In this document: positions 12,761 to 25,933 of the stretch, piece by piece
Numbering within the stretch: position 1 is the first letter of the stretch
Layout: every line of letters starts with the position of its first letter
Assembly: GCA_964106645.2 (NCBI GenBank)
Contig: OZ067046.1
Direction: 5' to 3' (one strand)
From: Podarcis pityusensis
Taxonomy: Eukaryota
Length of the DNA stretch: 64,000 nt
Notes under the pieces: model-generated
Databases searched by the model: none
What the model saw: only the letters and a program-made list of their open reading frames with translations
Told to the model about the DNA's origin: nothing
Translations under genes and position numbers: made by a program

Positions 12761-14883
12761 TATTAAGCCCCCATCTAGAAGGAACATGATGTTCTTGGGA
12801 AATGCTTTTCTCAGCAAAATACAAGGAAAGGCGAAGACCGTGACTCTATGTATCTTGACGAGAAAAGCAGCAACTGAAATATTCATATCCTTCACAAGGC
12901 AGAAGAACCAGAGTGCAAGCAGTATGAAGGAGAACCAAGATTAGGGACATTTCTTTTAACATACTGCAGGGCAACGAAGTGTAGTTTTTGTGCCATCTGC
13001 CCCAGCACATCTTACAGTATTAAGTGCCAGACATGACCAAAGGCTGGTTAACAAGCTACCATTTTTGTATCACCCTAATGGGCTGAAATGAACCAGCCTG
13101 GTTATGAGGCTGGTCTAAGATATTAAACAGGGCCTTTTAGCAGGCAATTGAACATCCCTCTCACACAGACCAGAGGTTCTATATTTAACAAAGCTGGGCA
13201 ACTGAAATGGCTCTTCAACCAGAAAGTAATTATTCAGTTCATGAAGCACACTGCTGTAAATCCTCCCTAAGATTCAAAAAAGGCAGACATATAAGCCACT
13301 TGATACTGAATAAAATCTTTTAAAAGGCCACATAGAAGCCATTAAAGTACATTCAGAAGTCCTCAGCTATTTCCCTAATGGGATTAAAACAGCCACACAA
13401 TAACTACAAGAAACATGACGAGAAATTACTGCTAGAAATAAAACGCTGGGGTCTCTACCAGGCAGAATGAATGCCAGTGTGCTAAAGATGCCAGCTGTCC
13501 TCAGTAGACACATTTGTTCTGGAAATGCATTTCCCCCTCTTTCATTCCCCACCTGGTCCAACTCACAAGCTGGAAGACAGGGTTATTGGGTACATAAAAA
13601 CAATTAAACCTTATTTACTGGGATGCGATAAACAAAGCACACCAGATTTAAATCATTTAAACAGAAAAGCCACAAGCTAACGAAAAAGTATCCTTAGTTT
13701 TGAGCTATTTTTTTAACATTGTTGGTCATTCTAATGGACCCATAACATTTATACAGCCCTGTGCCCTCAGAGTGGCCACTTTTCTTCAATTAGTCTTGAC
13801 AACATTGAGATCAACGAACATTGTGCAGGAATGTCAGATTTGGTGAACTTCAAATCCCACATTAATTCTTACGGCTATGGTTTGTTGTTTTCAAACACAC
13901 ACACACACTTAAAAATATGGTGCTTCCAACAAAACTGATGAAATCTTTTATAACCTTAACATATCCAACGGCTATATATTTATTCCCACTGGAGAAGGAT
14001 TCCCATTTGCTATTGACTTGGGATTTTACCGTTCAGCACCAGAAAAAACATTTATAACTCTTGAAGAATAAGAAGTACATTTATTGCCCCAGGCTGAATA
14101 ATCTCTCATCATTATGTTTCTACGTGCTTTTGGCAGGGCCAGAAAAAGAGAAAGATATGCAATGATGTACAACATGCAGTACAATACATCAGGTGTGCAC
14201 TAATGCAATGGGACTAAACCTACCATCATAATCCTTTCATTTGTAAATCATTATAAAAATGCATTTTGTATGCCAGCGGTTTTGTGCAACTTGGTGCTAC
14301 TTTTATTTGAATTCAGTATTTTCGGTTCAGCTCCTCTTCACTTCCATTAAACAGCTTCTGCTACTCTTGCACCTCTAATGAGATGGAGAGTGGCCAGAAG
14401 TGATCACAATGAACACTACTAAACAGTTCAGGGGTCAGAAAATCTTTTGAATCCCTGGGTACATTTGCAAACTGAAGAAACTGACGTGGCCGCTACACAC
14501 ACTGCAACCTACTCTATTGGCTACAGTGGAATGTTTTTTGCCAGGCCCCATCCGGTTGGGGTCCCTTCGGTGGGGAAGGGACCTAGTGGGCAAAGGCTTC
14601 TGCAGGTGCACCCTTGGGTGCCATGTTAATGACCATGATGTAATGTCAACAAGCTGGCAAGAAGAAAAAGAGCTACAAACAAGCTTTGTAGCACAGAGTT
14701 GGAAAAATAAATAATGCAGATATGACAAAGGGGGGGTGCCAAGACAAGGCAGAGGACCCCATAGCTAATTCAACATTGCACTCTCCTAATTGTCAGACAA
14801 AATGAGCCTCCCTCTCTTCCCCTCGCGATACTACGAAGCCAAGCATGCCTCCTAAAAACAGTATATGATTTTGTGTTACTTAC

Positions 14884-15758
14884 TCAAAAAAAGTTGTCCA
14901 TCCAGTCTCATCACTTTTCGTTGCTAGGAGTCCACTGTTGCCATGATAGGTAAACAAGACTAGCTCCTGCCCTTGGGCTGTCATGCTTTTTAGACATCCA
15001 TTGGTTCCTATAGTTAGCCAGATAACTTGGTTGTCAGGAGATACCACCCTCACTGGCATCCGGTTGGGATCTCGCCTTATACGAAGCGTATTTCCATTGC
15101 TGTCAGTTACAGCCGTGATGTCGTTGTCGTTACTGTAGCTAAAATTGTACAGATAGTCTCCTGTGACTAAACTCATCGTGTACTGATGGGTGCCGTTGAC
15201 ATCAAAGATGTAGAGTTCCTGATCGGTTGGAGAGGCAACTTCATAAAAATTCATTGAAGTCAGCAACGGTTTGTTCTTTGACACAGCTCGTATCCGAATA
15301 TTTCCAAGATCAGCAATGTACAACGTTCCATCAGGTGATGCAGCTAAAGAAGATGGGGCATTAAGTTTGGCATCTTTAGCATAACCATCACCATTTTGGT
15401 AGCAGTCACAGTTAACATCATTTTTGCAATCACACTCAGAGGGTATTCCAGCAACTAATGAGATCTCTCCATCAGTTGTGACTTGTCTTATTCTGTTAAT
15501 CTTTTTTTCATCGGTTTCTGTAATGTAAAGCACTCCACTGTAAGATACAGCAATCGCTGTGGCTGATTCTAAAGTAGTCTGTACAGCATGTTTCCCCACT
15601 GTGTACTCCACTCCAGGAACTTGGCAATGCATTGGCCTCCCAGCAGCAATACGGACTTGCCGATTTTCAGTAATCTGAAGAACTACGTTGTTATCTAACA
15701 CATATATGGAGTTATCCATTGGATTGATAGCCAAATCCGTTGGCCACTCCAGACGCAC
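14884..15758 (-). CDS. TENM3: TENM3 exon, NHL end to start of YD shell (VRLEWPTDL...GWTTFF), 875 nt
   Basis: 292-aa ORF with teneurin sequence; aaaag|GTG CGT; TTT GA|gtaagt; phase 0-2. Confidence 0.97.
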
Positions 15759-16051
15759 CTTTTAAAAAAAGGAAAAGTGTTTTATTAGTCAATTATTATC
15801 TTTAGCAAAGATAGTTTTCTAACTGAACAAGTGCTAGAGATACCACTTTTGAAACAGTTTTTCTGAAGTTACATAGAATTACATATATAAAAGGAAATGC
15901 GGTAGTTTAAATTATTGCCCCTAGGGTGAATATAAAGGGCAGGGGGGAATGGAACCAGGGAAACTGGAGTGCTGGAAACGCTAAAACTGAATGCTAAAAA
16001 CTTTATTTTTATTTACATTTCATTTAGTCCAAAAGCACATGTTTGTAACGG

Positions 16052-16246
16052 TCCTGATTCAGTTAATGTTAGTCATGACTAAAGGTGGAATCCTAACCAT
16101 GTCTACTCAGAAGTAAGCCACACTGAATTCAGTGGGGCTTACTCCCAGGTAGGCGGTGTTAGGATTGCAGCACAAGTTAATTGTGCTAAGTTGTTCCATT
16201 GGTTTTAATGGGACTGAGTCATGACTATAATTCTGGGTGAATCTGG
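16052..16246. repeat. Nested short palindromic (MITE-like) repeats
   Basis: Inner AATCCTAAC...GTAAGCC-CACTGAATTCAGTG-GGCTTAC...GTTAGGATT hairpin inside outer GATTCA..AGTCATGACTA arms; related degenerate copies near 34600-34690, 37555-37630 and 49585-49680. Confidence 0.55.
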
Positions 16247-17639
16247 CACTTAGAAATCATATATTTCTAAATATAAAATATGTCAATGCTAAATAAAGGT
16301 AAGATCTTTTCCAATATGACACAGATTAATGTTTGCTATTATTTTTTTATCAGAATAGCAAGTCTCTTTAGTGCTGGGGGGAAACCATAGAAATCAATAG
16401 AAAAAGTTATCTGGTGTTGAAAAAATATATCACAAGTTCAAAACTGCAGACTAGAGGCATTAGTAGAAGTTGGTATTAGAAACATCAGAATGCCAATACT
16501 TTTCTAATATATTTCTGCTCCACTTGTATTTTATGACTGTACCTCTTGTAAATAATTATGGTCTTCTCTACTGTCCCTAAAATTTATTGTAAAGGTAGAC
16601 ATAAAGATACATTTTTAGGTGTATAATACTGATACTTATGTTCTTAGAATAAGCTCCTTATCGTGAAGATAGAGTATAAAAAACAGTTCAGGATGCTTCT
16701 AAACACCTGCTTATTCTAGGATTGGAGCTACAATATATACAATACATGTCATCAAATTGCCATCTAATCCAGGAAAAATCTGAAAAATACATAAATAAAT
16801 ACATAAACAAACAACCCATTTATGATATCGTAACTGTTTGAAAGGACCCTTTCTATAAATGTTTACTCAGAATTAAGTCCCAGTTCCCCCTCAGCACTGA
16901 GGAGAGTGGCCATGGTGGCCTGGTGCGGTCATGGCAGGGTGCGACTTCCTCCCCTCAGCTTCAGCATGGCCGGAGGGGAAGCTTCCGTCTCCTCTCGCCA
17001 CAATGACTGCTAGGACATGCTCGCAAGGTTCAGCAGCCAATTGCAAGCAAGTGGACCAGAGGGAGTACTTCCTCCTGGTCAGCTTTCTGGTCATAAAAGC
17101 TCAGGCCTCAGTCAACATTGGATTCTCCACCCTCCGTTCCTTATTAATGTGGCTTAATGGGCTGCCTGAGGGAAAGTAAGCATGGCCTTGCTGGACTTGC
17201 TATGTAAGTACATGGGTTACCATATTTGGGGCCAGAGAGGAATTCTCCCTGCAGACTAATTAGGCCTGTCTGCAGGGATTTGCCTGCTTCAGAGCAATTA
17301 ACATAACTTCCTGGTGGATAATACATTGGGTTTGATCAGTCTGGGAGGCGAGTGGATGGCCCTCCTTGCTCTGCTGTCATGGAGTATCTCCTTAAAGGAG
17401 CCTGGGGTGCTACATGTCCAGACTTCCATCTTGGGGGCTGATGGGCCATAGTGTTCCTTCACCAGTGATCATGGGAATCTCCTATATGTGATGCACATTG
17501 CAAGGTGACCCTTAACCTTGATCAAACAGCAGTAACACTGGTTGATTTCAGGATACATACCCAAGGTCTACTCCAGAAGCTGCTGACATCTGTTATCAAT
17601 AGAAGTTGTGGCCTGATTAAATCCCAATACCGCTGCCTT

Positions 17640-18075
17640 GTGTTTTTATTGTGTGTATGCCCTCAGCCTTGGCTCCACTGCCCCTGGGTCTGCAATGGTA
17701 CTGATTTCAAGCATTCTCCCCTCCTGTGTTCAGCAACTGGTATTAAGAAGTATCGCTGCCTCCAACCATGGAGGCAGAACATAGCTATCATGACTAACAA
17801 ATAGCTATCAATAGCCCTCTCCTCCATTAATTTTAGTCCTCTGTTAAGGCAATCTCGGTTAGTTGTAGTCATAGCCTTCTGTGGGAGGAAGTTTCATAAT
17901 TTACCTATGTGCTGCGTTTAGAAATACTTTCTTTTTATCTGTCTTGTATCTCCCAACATTCAGCATCACTGGATATCCGTGAGTTCTAGTATTATGAGAG
18001 CGGGAGAACAACTTTCTTCTATCTACTTTCTCTATGCCATGCATGATTTTATAAACTTCTATCATGATCCCCCTG
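17640..18075 (-). mobile_element. CR1 LINE 3' fragment
   Basis: Resembles the recalled reptile CR1 ORF2 end and 3'UTR (ctcccaacattcagc...gagttctagtattatgagag...ttctatcatg on plus); boundaries approximate. Confidence 0.7.
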
Positions 18076-18106
18076 AAACAACCAATAGATCTGTTTTTTT
18101 AAATAC

Positions 18107-18261
18107 CTGACTGATGTGCATGCTGGTATCACATGTTAAAGGTCTAGCTGAAGTCAGATCATTTGAGCCAAGTAATGTTGATATGATTCCATTCTGGTCC
18201 ACTTTCCTGATCATAGTCCCATCAACAAAGTAGATTAATCCATTTTTGTCTACTGCCACTC
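18107..18261 (-). CDS. TENM3: TENM3 exon, NHL ([11 protein letters not shown]...SMHISQ), 155 nt
   Basis: ccaag|GA GTG; AGT CAG|gtattt; phase 1-0. Confidence 0.96.
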
Positions 18262-18866
18262 CTTGGGTAAAGAAACAAAACACAACACCAAGAGCTTGTT
18301 ACTTGTTTTTGATCAAAACTATTAAACCTGTTTTCCTGCTCTGTATGTTCATCTTTTCCCACAAAGCCAGAAAATGGGTCTGAAAATATTAACAAAAATG
18401 ACAGGTTTTAAACATCACATACAGCCTCATGAGGTTTAACTGGTTAAAATTTAGATATTAATGTATGGTACTTTATTAGACATGGCTAGTACATTAGAAC
18501 AACATGTATGGAAGGAAAACATTCTGCTTGTGGGGGGTGAAATCCAACAAGCACTGCTCTTAATGGACTCATTTAAATATTGCTTCTGGACTGGACCCTT
18601 TGCAATTTGCTCAGTATGAAGTCTTTGTGGCATAACTGGAATGTGAAAAAATATTTATAATGAATTATAATAAATCACTAATGTTCAGTGGGGGTGGGGT
18701 ACTAAAAACCTCACTTTTTGTAGTTATACTTTTGGATAGCTTTGCCATTCACAAACTGAAAACAAGCTTTTGGAAACACTGAATAAATAACTAGATAGCA
18801 TGAAATGCTCTTGTGTGTGCTGACTGAACTGTGTTTTGCTCTTCATAAATTGACAGTTTCCTCCAC

Positions 18867-19099
18867 CTTTGGGGCTCATGAGTGTCGCTTCTACAGCCTT
18901 GCCACCATCACCACATCTGGCTTCGTCAAATGGAAGGCACTGCTCCCCAGTTCCTGCTACCACTTCAGCATTTTTTGTCAAGTCCTTTGCCCCAGTGAGT
19001 GACTTTGGACGGTAAATCCTTCGTGTGTTGGTGTCAGAAACATACAATTCTCCTGTGACTGGGTCAGTTGCAAGGTAGTATCTATGAGCCGGGTTACTG
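18867..19099 (-). CDS. TENM3: TENM3 exon, NHL ([12 protein letters not shown]...TLMSPK), 233 nt
   Basis: tgcag|C AGT AAC; AAA G|gtggag; phase 2-1. Confidence 0.96.
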
Positions 19100-19590
19100 C
19101 TGCAGAAAGGGAAACAACACGTTTTAGCACAGTAAGCAATATTCACTATTACATTTCAAAAGACAGTCTATCAGTTGGACTTAGAAAGCAAATAATTGAA
19201 GCAAGCAACCCCTGTTGCCATTCAAAAGTTAGAGTGAAGAAGGCAGCCATAGCTGAGTGTGGTGGAAGTGATCTTAACACACATTCTTAGTTTTGGGGAC
19301 CAACAGCTCTGAATGCAGCAAATCTGTGTTAAAACCATTTTTATTGCACTGCAGTGTCCCTCTCACTTCACCCCTAGTCATAACGGTATCAAAAAGGCCC
19401 AATGAAAACATGTTATGCTTGCTTCTTACTTTCTGCAAAGTATTTTCAAGGGTGGGAGGGGGAACAGAAAGTGCTGCTGTGCTGCTGTTGTTTTAAACAC
19501 ATTGTATGTTATGTGTGAACTCTGCTGACTCTGAAAAGAGAATGTGTAAGCGAAAATCAGTGGTTTTGTTTGAAGTAAGTGTTTAATGAA

Positions 19591-19944
19591 GGGACGCGGG
19601 TGGTGCTGTGGGTTAAACCACAGAGCCTAGGACTTGCCGATCAGAAGGTCGGCAGTTTGAATCCCCGCAACAAGGTGAGCTCCCGTTGCTCGGTCCCTGC
19701 GCCTGCCAACCTAGCAGTTCGAAAGCACATCAAAGTGCAAGTAGATAAATAGGTACCGCTCCGGCGGGAAGGTAAACGGCGTTTCCGTGTGCTGCTCTGG
19801 TTCGCCAGAAGCGGCTTAGTCATGCTGGCCACATGACGCGGAAGCTGTACGCCGGCTCCCTTGGCCAATAAAGTGAGATGAGTGCCGCAACCCCAGAGTC
19901 GGCCACTACTGGACCTAATGGTCAGGGGTCCCTTTACCTTTACC
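19591..19944 (+). mobile_element. Sauria SINE, full length
   Basis: GGGACGCGGGTGG head, CCTTTACCTTTACC tail; imperfect TSD TAAGTGT(TT)AATG. Confidence 0.92.
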
Positions 19945-20861
19945 TAAGTGTAATGTTGGTTAGTTAAAAGTTGGTTAGTGTATTGCTGCTTTGCAATTGA
20001 GAAAAAGTCAAATAAATACATATTTTTAAAAGACGGGAGGAGTGTTGATGTATGGATTCTTCCACCTTGTGGAAAGGTAATGGAATAAACACCATTTTGG
20101 TTCCTTTTAATTATATAAATGTGCAAACGTCATTTTGAGTATTACCTTCAAATCAACAGCACTGGATTAGATCACTCTACAGCCTATGTTTTTCAAATTG
20201 CACCTATGTCACTGACTATATTATTTCAAGTAATCTAGGCCACTTGAGTACATGATGCATAATATTCATAAACAGAAGAGACTGTTCATGCTACTGATCG
20301 GAAGGCATGTGATTACTGGATGTGATTTAACAGGTCAGATGGCATATTTTAGAAGTAGTTCAGTTTCTTGTCTTAAGTCATCTTAAATCATTGCAAACTT
20401 TCACATAAAACTACCAAATATGCTGGACCATCCTTCTATGAAATAAAGCCACTTTTCAAAAAACATAGAGCACATGACACCATAAACCTTATACAACTGA
20501 AACATATCTCTCCTCTGGAATGAGTAGCTCTAGAGAATACATTTGTTGCTCAAAGATACAATCCAGAAGCTTAATTAGTTACATCTATGACAGTGGATCT
20601 GAGTTATGGTGCTCAGAACTGAAATGAATATATAGATGGCAGTGCTAGTGCCTGCTAACACACAGAGCCCAAGTGCCACAGCAGTCAGTTGCATCTCTAA
20701 TGTGTTTGCAAATGCAGTGCTAAAATGTATCTACCAATCTTGGTGATATCTGAGCATCTGTTCACAAAACGTAGTGCCTCATATCTCATAAATATAACAC
20801 AGTGCTAATGTACTTCTGTTTGCAAAAGGCAACCGAGGCCAACATAAACAAGTTGTGAACA

Positions 20862-22545
20862 GGGTCCTACCGCGCCGGCGACGCGGGGACCCTTAAAAAC
20901 CACGGGCACGGGGCCCGTGGACATGGGGACTCGGCTGGTACCGTCAGCGCCCTCCCGACTCGTGAAGGAGCCTTTTTAAAGGCTACGGATCGGGTGCCTG
21001 GGAGTGGCGTGGTACTTTGAGTCTATCGCTTCCCCTGCCGAGTGCAGCCGCATGCCATTCGTCGGAGAGCGCTGGCTTCTTCCATTTGAAATTCGGACAT
21101 TTAACAAAAACCCGTGAGTAATTGGGTAACCGGGTACAAAAGGAGGAAAAAAAAAAGGAATTTTTTTTTTTTTTCGGATTCGGCACGAGCGGGGGGGATC
21201 TAAAAAGGAAGTCAGTCCCCTCCCTGATTGTAAACATGCTAAAACAAGGACTGAGAAACCAAGATCAATTCTGAAGTTTATTGCTGACTAAAAATACCAA
21301 ATTCCACGATGGAATCATTACAAGAATTGTGCTGGAGGAGAGTCGAGGGTGAGAGGGAAAAGGCAACCCCCCCCCCCGGGAACCGGGGCGATTCAGAGAA
21401 CCTGGCGGAGAGAGATGGAGAGTTTGACAGCTGTCAAAGTAGCTGTCAAATCTTGAGAATATAAAGAGGACTTTGCTACAAGTATATTGCTGGTTGATTT
21501 TGATACAATTGGATATAAATATGGATACAAAATGTCGGATGGAAAAAGAAACAACAATTTGACTTTTGGATGAGAGGACACAAAGTTATTGCAATCCCTC
21601 TAGAGGGGCTTTGGGACATTACAAGCGGCGTATATGGAAAACTACTCTGGGATGTGTATTACTGGTCTTAGCTCCTGGGAAAGTAGCAAAACTGAAATAT
21701 TTGTTTTGTCTACAGAGGTGACAACACAATAGAATCTTTCTATTTAAGTAAGCTCCTGAATAACAAACCTCTGTAGAGATACTAGATTTCAGAATAAGAA
21801 TGGTTTTGCAGCTGAACAAGACAGAAACCTGAGAAAGTAAGAAACAAAAGAGTAAAGGACCAACTACGCCACGGCAAGAACAATGGGAGGAGTAACAATG
21901 ATCAAGGGAAATTAAAGGCCTCGATTAGATTGGACTTTTGAAATTAAATATTATCAAAATAAGTAAATTTAAAGAAAACCGGCAAGATGAATTGAGAAAG
22001 TTTGGCTGTGGACTTGAGACCTCCAGGCCGACAACATACAGACTGATGGACATAGGGAATCTAAACCGGGGAAGGGAGGGGGAATTCTAGAATCCAAAGG
22101 CTATGTAATCAACTTTTGGAATCTTCTTCTATTTTCTATCTTTTAAATTTTTTTTTTTTTTTTATATATAACTTTGGTATTTTGATTTAACAAGTTTTGG
22201 AAAAAAAAAAGAAAAGGGGGAATTCGTGGAAGGAAACGGGGTAGATTTTGGGGAAAAAAAATTTTGTTTTACTTTGTTAAAGGTGAGGAGTGATGTTAAG
22301 ATTGTAATTTAAATTGGCTATTAGGCATAACATATTAGGTTAAATTGGGAATGAGAACTTGTGGAACCAACGTAGGGAAAGGGGAATACAGTCGGGAGGG
22401 CAAGGAGGGAGTCCCAGAAAGAAGGTTATGAACATAAGGGTTTAAAATTGGTCTCTTTTCTTTCTTTTCTTTTTCTTTATCTTTTCTATCTTCTTTATTC
22501 TGTTATTATTGGAAATTTTAATAAATATGATTAAAAAAAAAAAAA
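20862..22545 (+). mobile_element. Non-autonomous poly(A) retroposon (probably L1-mobilised), about 1.7 kb
   Basis: 12 bp TSD AAGTTGTGAACA (20850-20861 and 22546-22557), AATAAA at 22520-22525, poly(A) from 22533, CpG-rich 5' end, no plus-strand ORF in the track. Confidence 0.8.
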
Positions 22546-25500
22546 AAGTTGTGAACAAATTACATCTTGGAGCACAGACATTTCTGAAGTATACAACTAA
22601 AGCAATGTAACATCCAAAACAAAATAAAACAGCAGCAGAATAGGCACAAAATAAAATAAGCAACAATACCGTGAAAGAGCTAAAAGCACTAAACGTTTTT
22701 AAAGACTGAAAAGCCCAGGAAAACATAAAGGTCTTCACCTGGCACTAAACTGGTGAGCCCCTTTAAGTAGGTTATTCAATTACTGGGGAGCCACCACAAA
22801 AAAGTCCTATCTCTGCCTCATCACGTTTGGCATGGGAACTTGAAGAAGCACCTCTATGTAGATGACTTTAGGACCTAATGCAAGTGGTAGAGTTGATTGT
22901 CAGGTAACCTGGTCCAAAGCAGAGGCAAATTTAGGGCAGTGCGACTGGTTCCACTGCACTGGATACGGAGTCTAGGGGGTGCTGCAGGGCTTCACAACTA
23001 GGATGTAGTCAATTGAGCAGAAAGGGGTTTTTATTTGCCTTTTTTAAACTTCTGAATGCTGTATTAACTAGATTTAGCTTTTCTCTATTTCTGAGAACTA
23101 GCCACATAACTTAAATGAGGTTTTTGTGCAACCCTGAACCTAAACTATGATGATAATAATAGATTTTAAAAGATATATGTGCCTTTTTATATATGTACTT
23201 TTAATCTCTGTTCATTAATGTGCTTATTTGTTATATGCAATTTTTTTTTTAACAGCACCAGGTGTATGGATAGTGCTTTAATTATCAGCATAAAAAAATC
23301 TTTATATAAAATCCAACTTTGGATAAGTTTCAGGGCAATTAGTTTGGTTGTAGAATGATGAACAGTTTAAAATTAAAGCTTAGAACACATAATTTGCAGT
23401 ATATTGTGGTTGGTTAGATTTTTAACCAATGTACTCCATCACTTATAAAAGGAGGAAGTGAACACACAACACACACACCCCATTTATTATTTGCATGGTG
23501 AAAAAGAATGGCCCCAGATAGTATATTAATGTAAGGAAAGTTATCTTTGGAGTTTTATAGATGGAGAAGTTTTAACTTAAATGGTAGAAATGGTCTGTAC
23601 AGCTTTAGGTAGAGACCTACGTGAATGAATGTCGTATCCTGCTCTCCTGCCAAAAAAACCCCCGCACAATGAAAACACGATGTCAGGGACAAAACTAAAC
23701 TAGAACCTGTCTCCCTAACATGTTATGTTTCTACGGGGGGAATTTCTGTACAGCAGAGCATTCAATAATCTGGAGACCCACGTGCATCATGAAAAGGTAC
23801 AGCTCAGGAATTAGTTTACAACCTCAGCCTTGGTTGGGGAAAGATGTCAAATGATCAATGTTCATAGTTATATAACTGCCCTGTAAACAATTCAGAACAA
23901 ATGCTCAGTAAAGACGGGACATAGTCTAACCACTGTGTAAGCTTTATGCCAGCATATGAGGATGAATGCTGAATGAACAAGTCATCTGATTTGTTTGCCA
24001 TTAGGATTATTAAATCAATGAAAATGTGTGGATAATTCTAGTGGAGGCTCCTGACAAGTACAACATTTCTAACTTGAGTAGAGAAATCATTTTAGTACAA
24101 TTTTGAAAATGACACTAGCTGTGCTATTGCCTGCCCCGCACAAGGCAGATGAATCTCTGAAGAATAATCATTAGCATGCTCCATGAGAATCCACGGCACT
24201 GAAAATAACCTCAACTCAGGAGACTTCAAAGACTCTGCGCTCTAGAGATCGACAATAATAATCTTGGCTGGCTGTAAAATGGCTGTTTTTGACTAACATG
24301 GGATATTCCCTTCTTTCTATTGAAACAAAACCTTTACCTTAATGTAGGCATTACAGGGCATACTTGGTGTAGTAAAGATCCTTCACAGACAGAAAAATAT
24401 CCAGTCTCTGCTACTGCAGTTGCCTCTGCATCTCTTTATACATCTTTGTATTTCTCTAGGGAATCTCTGTAGCAGTACACTAATCTCAAAGAAGTTGAAC
24501 TCAACATTAATACACAATTGCCTGCTTCCCTCTAGAAATGTCCTTTGTAGCAGAACCACACTAGTCTATCCAGGAAGTGCAATTCATATAACATTGAACA
24601 TGCAACTATTTTTGCCTGTAGTTCTCCAAAGGCTAAAGACTTTCCCCACTTCTCCAGAAGAATGATATATGGATCACACAGTCACTTTCCCTATTCCAGT
24701 AATAAATAAAAAGTAGTATTTGAGAGTACAAGTGCTGTATAATATAGTTAAATCACAGAAAATGGGTCTTACTTAACATATGTTCTTAATTCCCCAATAT
24801 GCTTAGCAACAGATGAACAACAGAATGCAGGGAGCCATGTGTAACAACTTTTGAATGCATGTCATATTTTGCATTTGGTATAATATTAAAATGTGAATTT
24901 ACAAAGTATTCTATCTAATGACTGTTAAAGCATCAGCTGGTTTCAATGGACAGAGGGCACTGGTTGTTGTTGTTTTTTAAAGCAACAATGAACCTTCAGA
25001 ATGATATGAGAGCAGCTGACAGCTATGCTTATAATTTAAAATAAGGGTGCATATTATATTTAGTCATGGAGAAAATGCTACTTGCCGACACTACACAAAG
25101 CAACATATGTGAAACATTAATTCTGAAATATAAAAAACCTTTCACAGTTAAGGAAGAAAACCCACATGAGGCAGTATAACCAGAAGCCCGAGTGAATTTC
25201 AACAGAAACCAGACGTAATAAAATGGAGGTCTCTGGGGATTTGTGTAAGAGGGGGAGAAAGACCAAAAATAAAGATGAAGCATGCATGATAATAAGGAGG
25301 GTTTCTTAATGTCACCCTGCATTTTGCATGACACATTTAGCAGCTGTGGCACACAGCAGTGATGTAATGCATGTGTCTAGCAAATAATTTCAGACTGAAC
25401 TCTGCCCACTTCATTCTAGCTAGTGGCAGTCACTGTGATCACAGAAGAGAAAGCAAAGCGTTGTCTGTGCTGTTTTATCACCCTCCTCTTTAAAGATATG

Positions 25501-25578
25501 TCTAGCCATAATTCAGCATGAATCATCTACAGTTTGCTCTTATGAACATAGGATGTTGCCATGTCATATACCGAGTTA

Positions 25579-25921
25579 AAGGTAAAGGGACCCCTGACCA
25601 TTAGGTCCAGTCATGGCCGACTCTGGGGTTGTGGTGCTTATCTCGCTGTATTGGCCGAGGGAGCCGACGTACAGGTCATGTGGCCAGCATGACTAAGCCG
25701 CTTCTGGCGAACCAGAGCAGTGCATGGAAACACCATTTACCTTCCCGCCGGAGCGGTACCTATTTATCTACTTGCACTTTGACGTGCTTTCGAACTGCTA
25801 GGTTGGCAGGAGCAGGGACCGAGCAACGGGAGCTCACCCCGTCGCGGGGATTCGAACCGCCAACCTTCTGATCGTCAATTCCTAGGCTCTGTGGTTTAAC
25901 CCACAGCGCCACCCGCATCCC
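25579..25921 (-). mobile_element. Sauria SINE, full length
   Basis: Same subfamily as 19591-19944; flanked by TATAC(C/T)GAGTTA; small internal deletion relative to its neighbour. Confidence 0.92.
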
Positions 25922-25933
25922 TATACTGAGTTA

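Noticed and set aside
939-15758. YD/RHS repeats as bacterial toxin or horizontal transfer
   Set aside because: Normal teneurin YD shell with spliceosomal introns; the bacterial similarity is ancient and well known
22600-22920. Possible L2 3' end fragments (also near 2870-3110)
   Set aside because: Too degenerate to bound or classify by eye
24850-25380. Cluster of TGCATG as a distal RBFOX element for microexon B
   Set aside because: Most copies are on the plus (non-transcript) strand; I found only one sense TGCATG (about 25281)
9547-25871. Recurrent peptide CFRTARLAGAGTEQRE in several ORFs
   Set aside because: Translation of Sauria SINE antisense sequence, not a gene family
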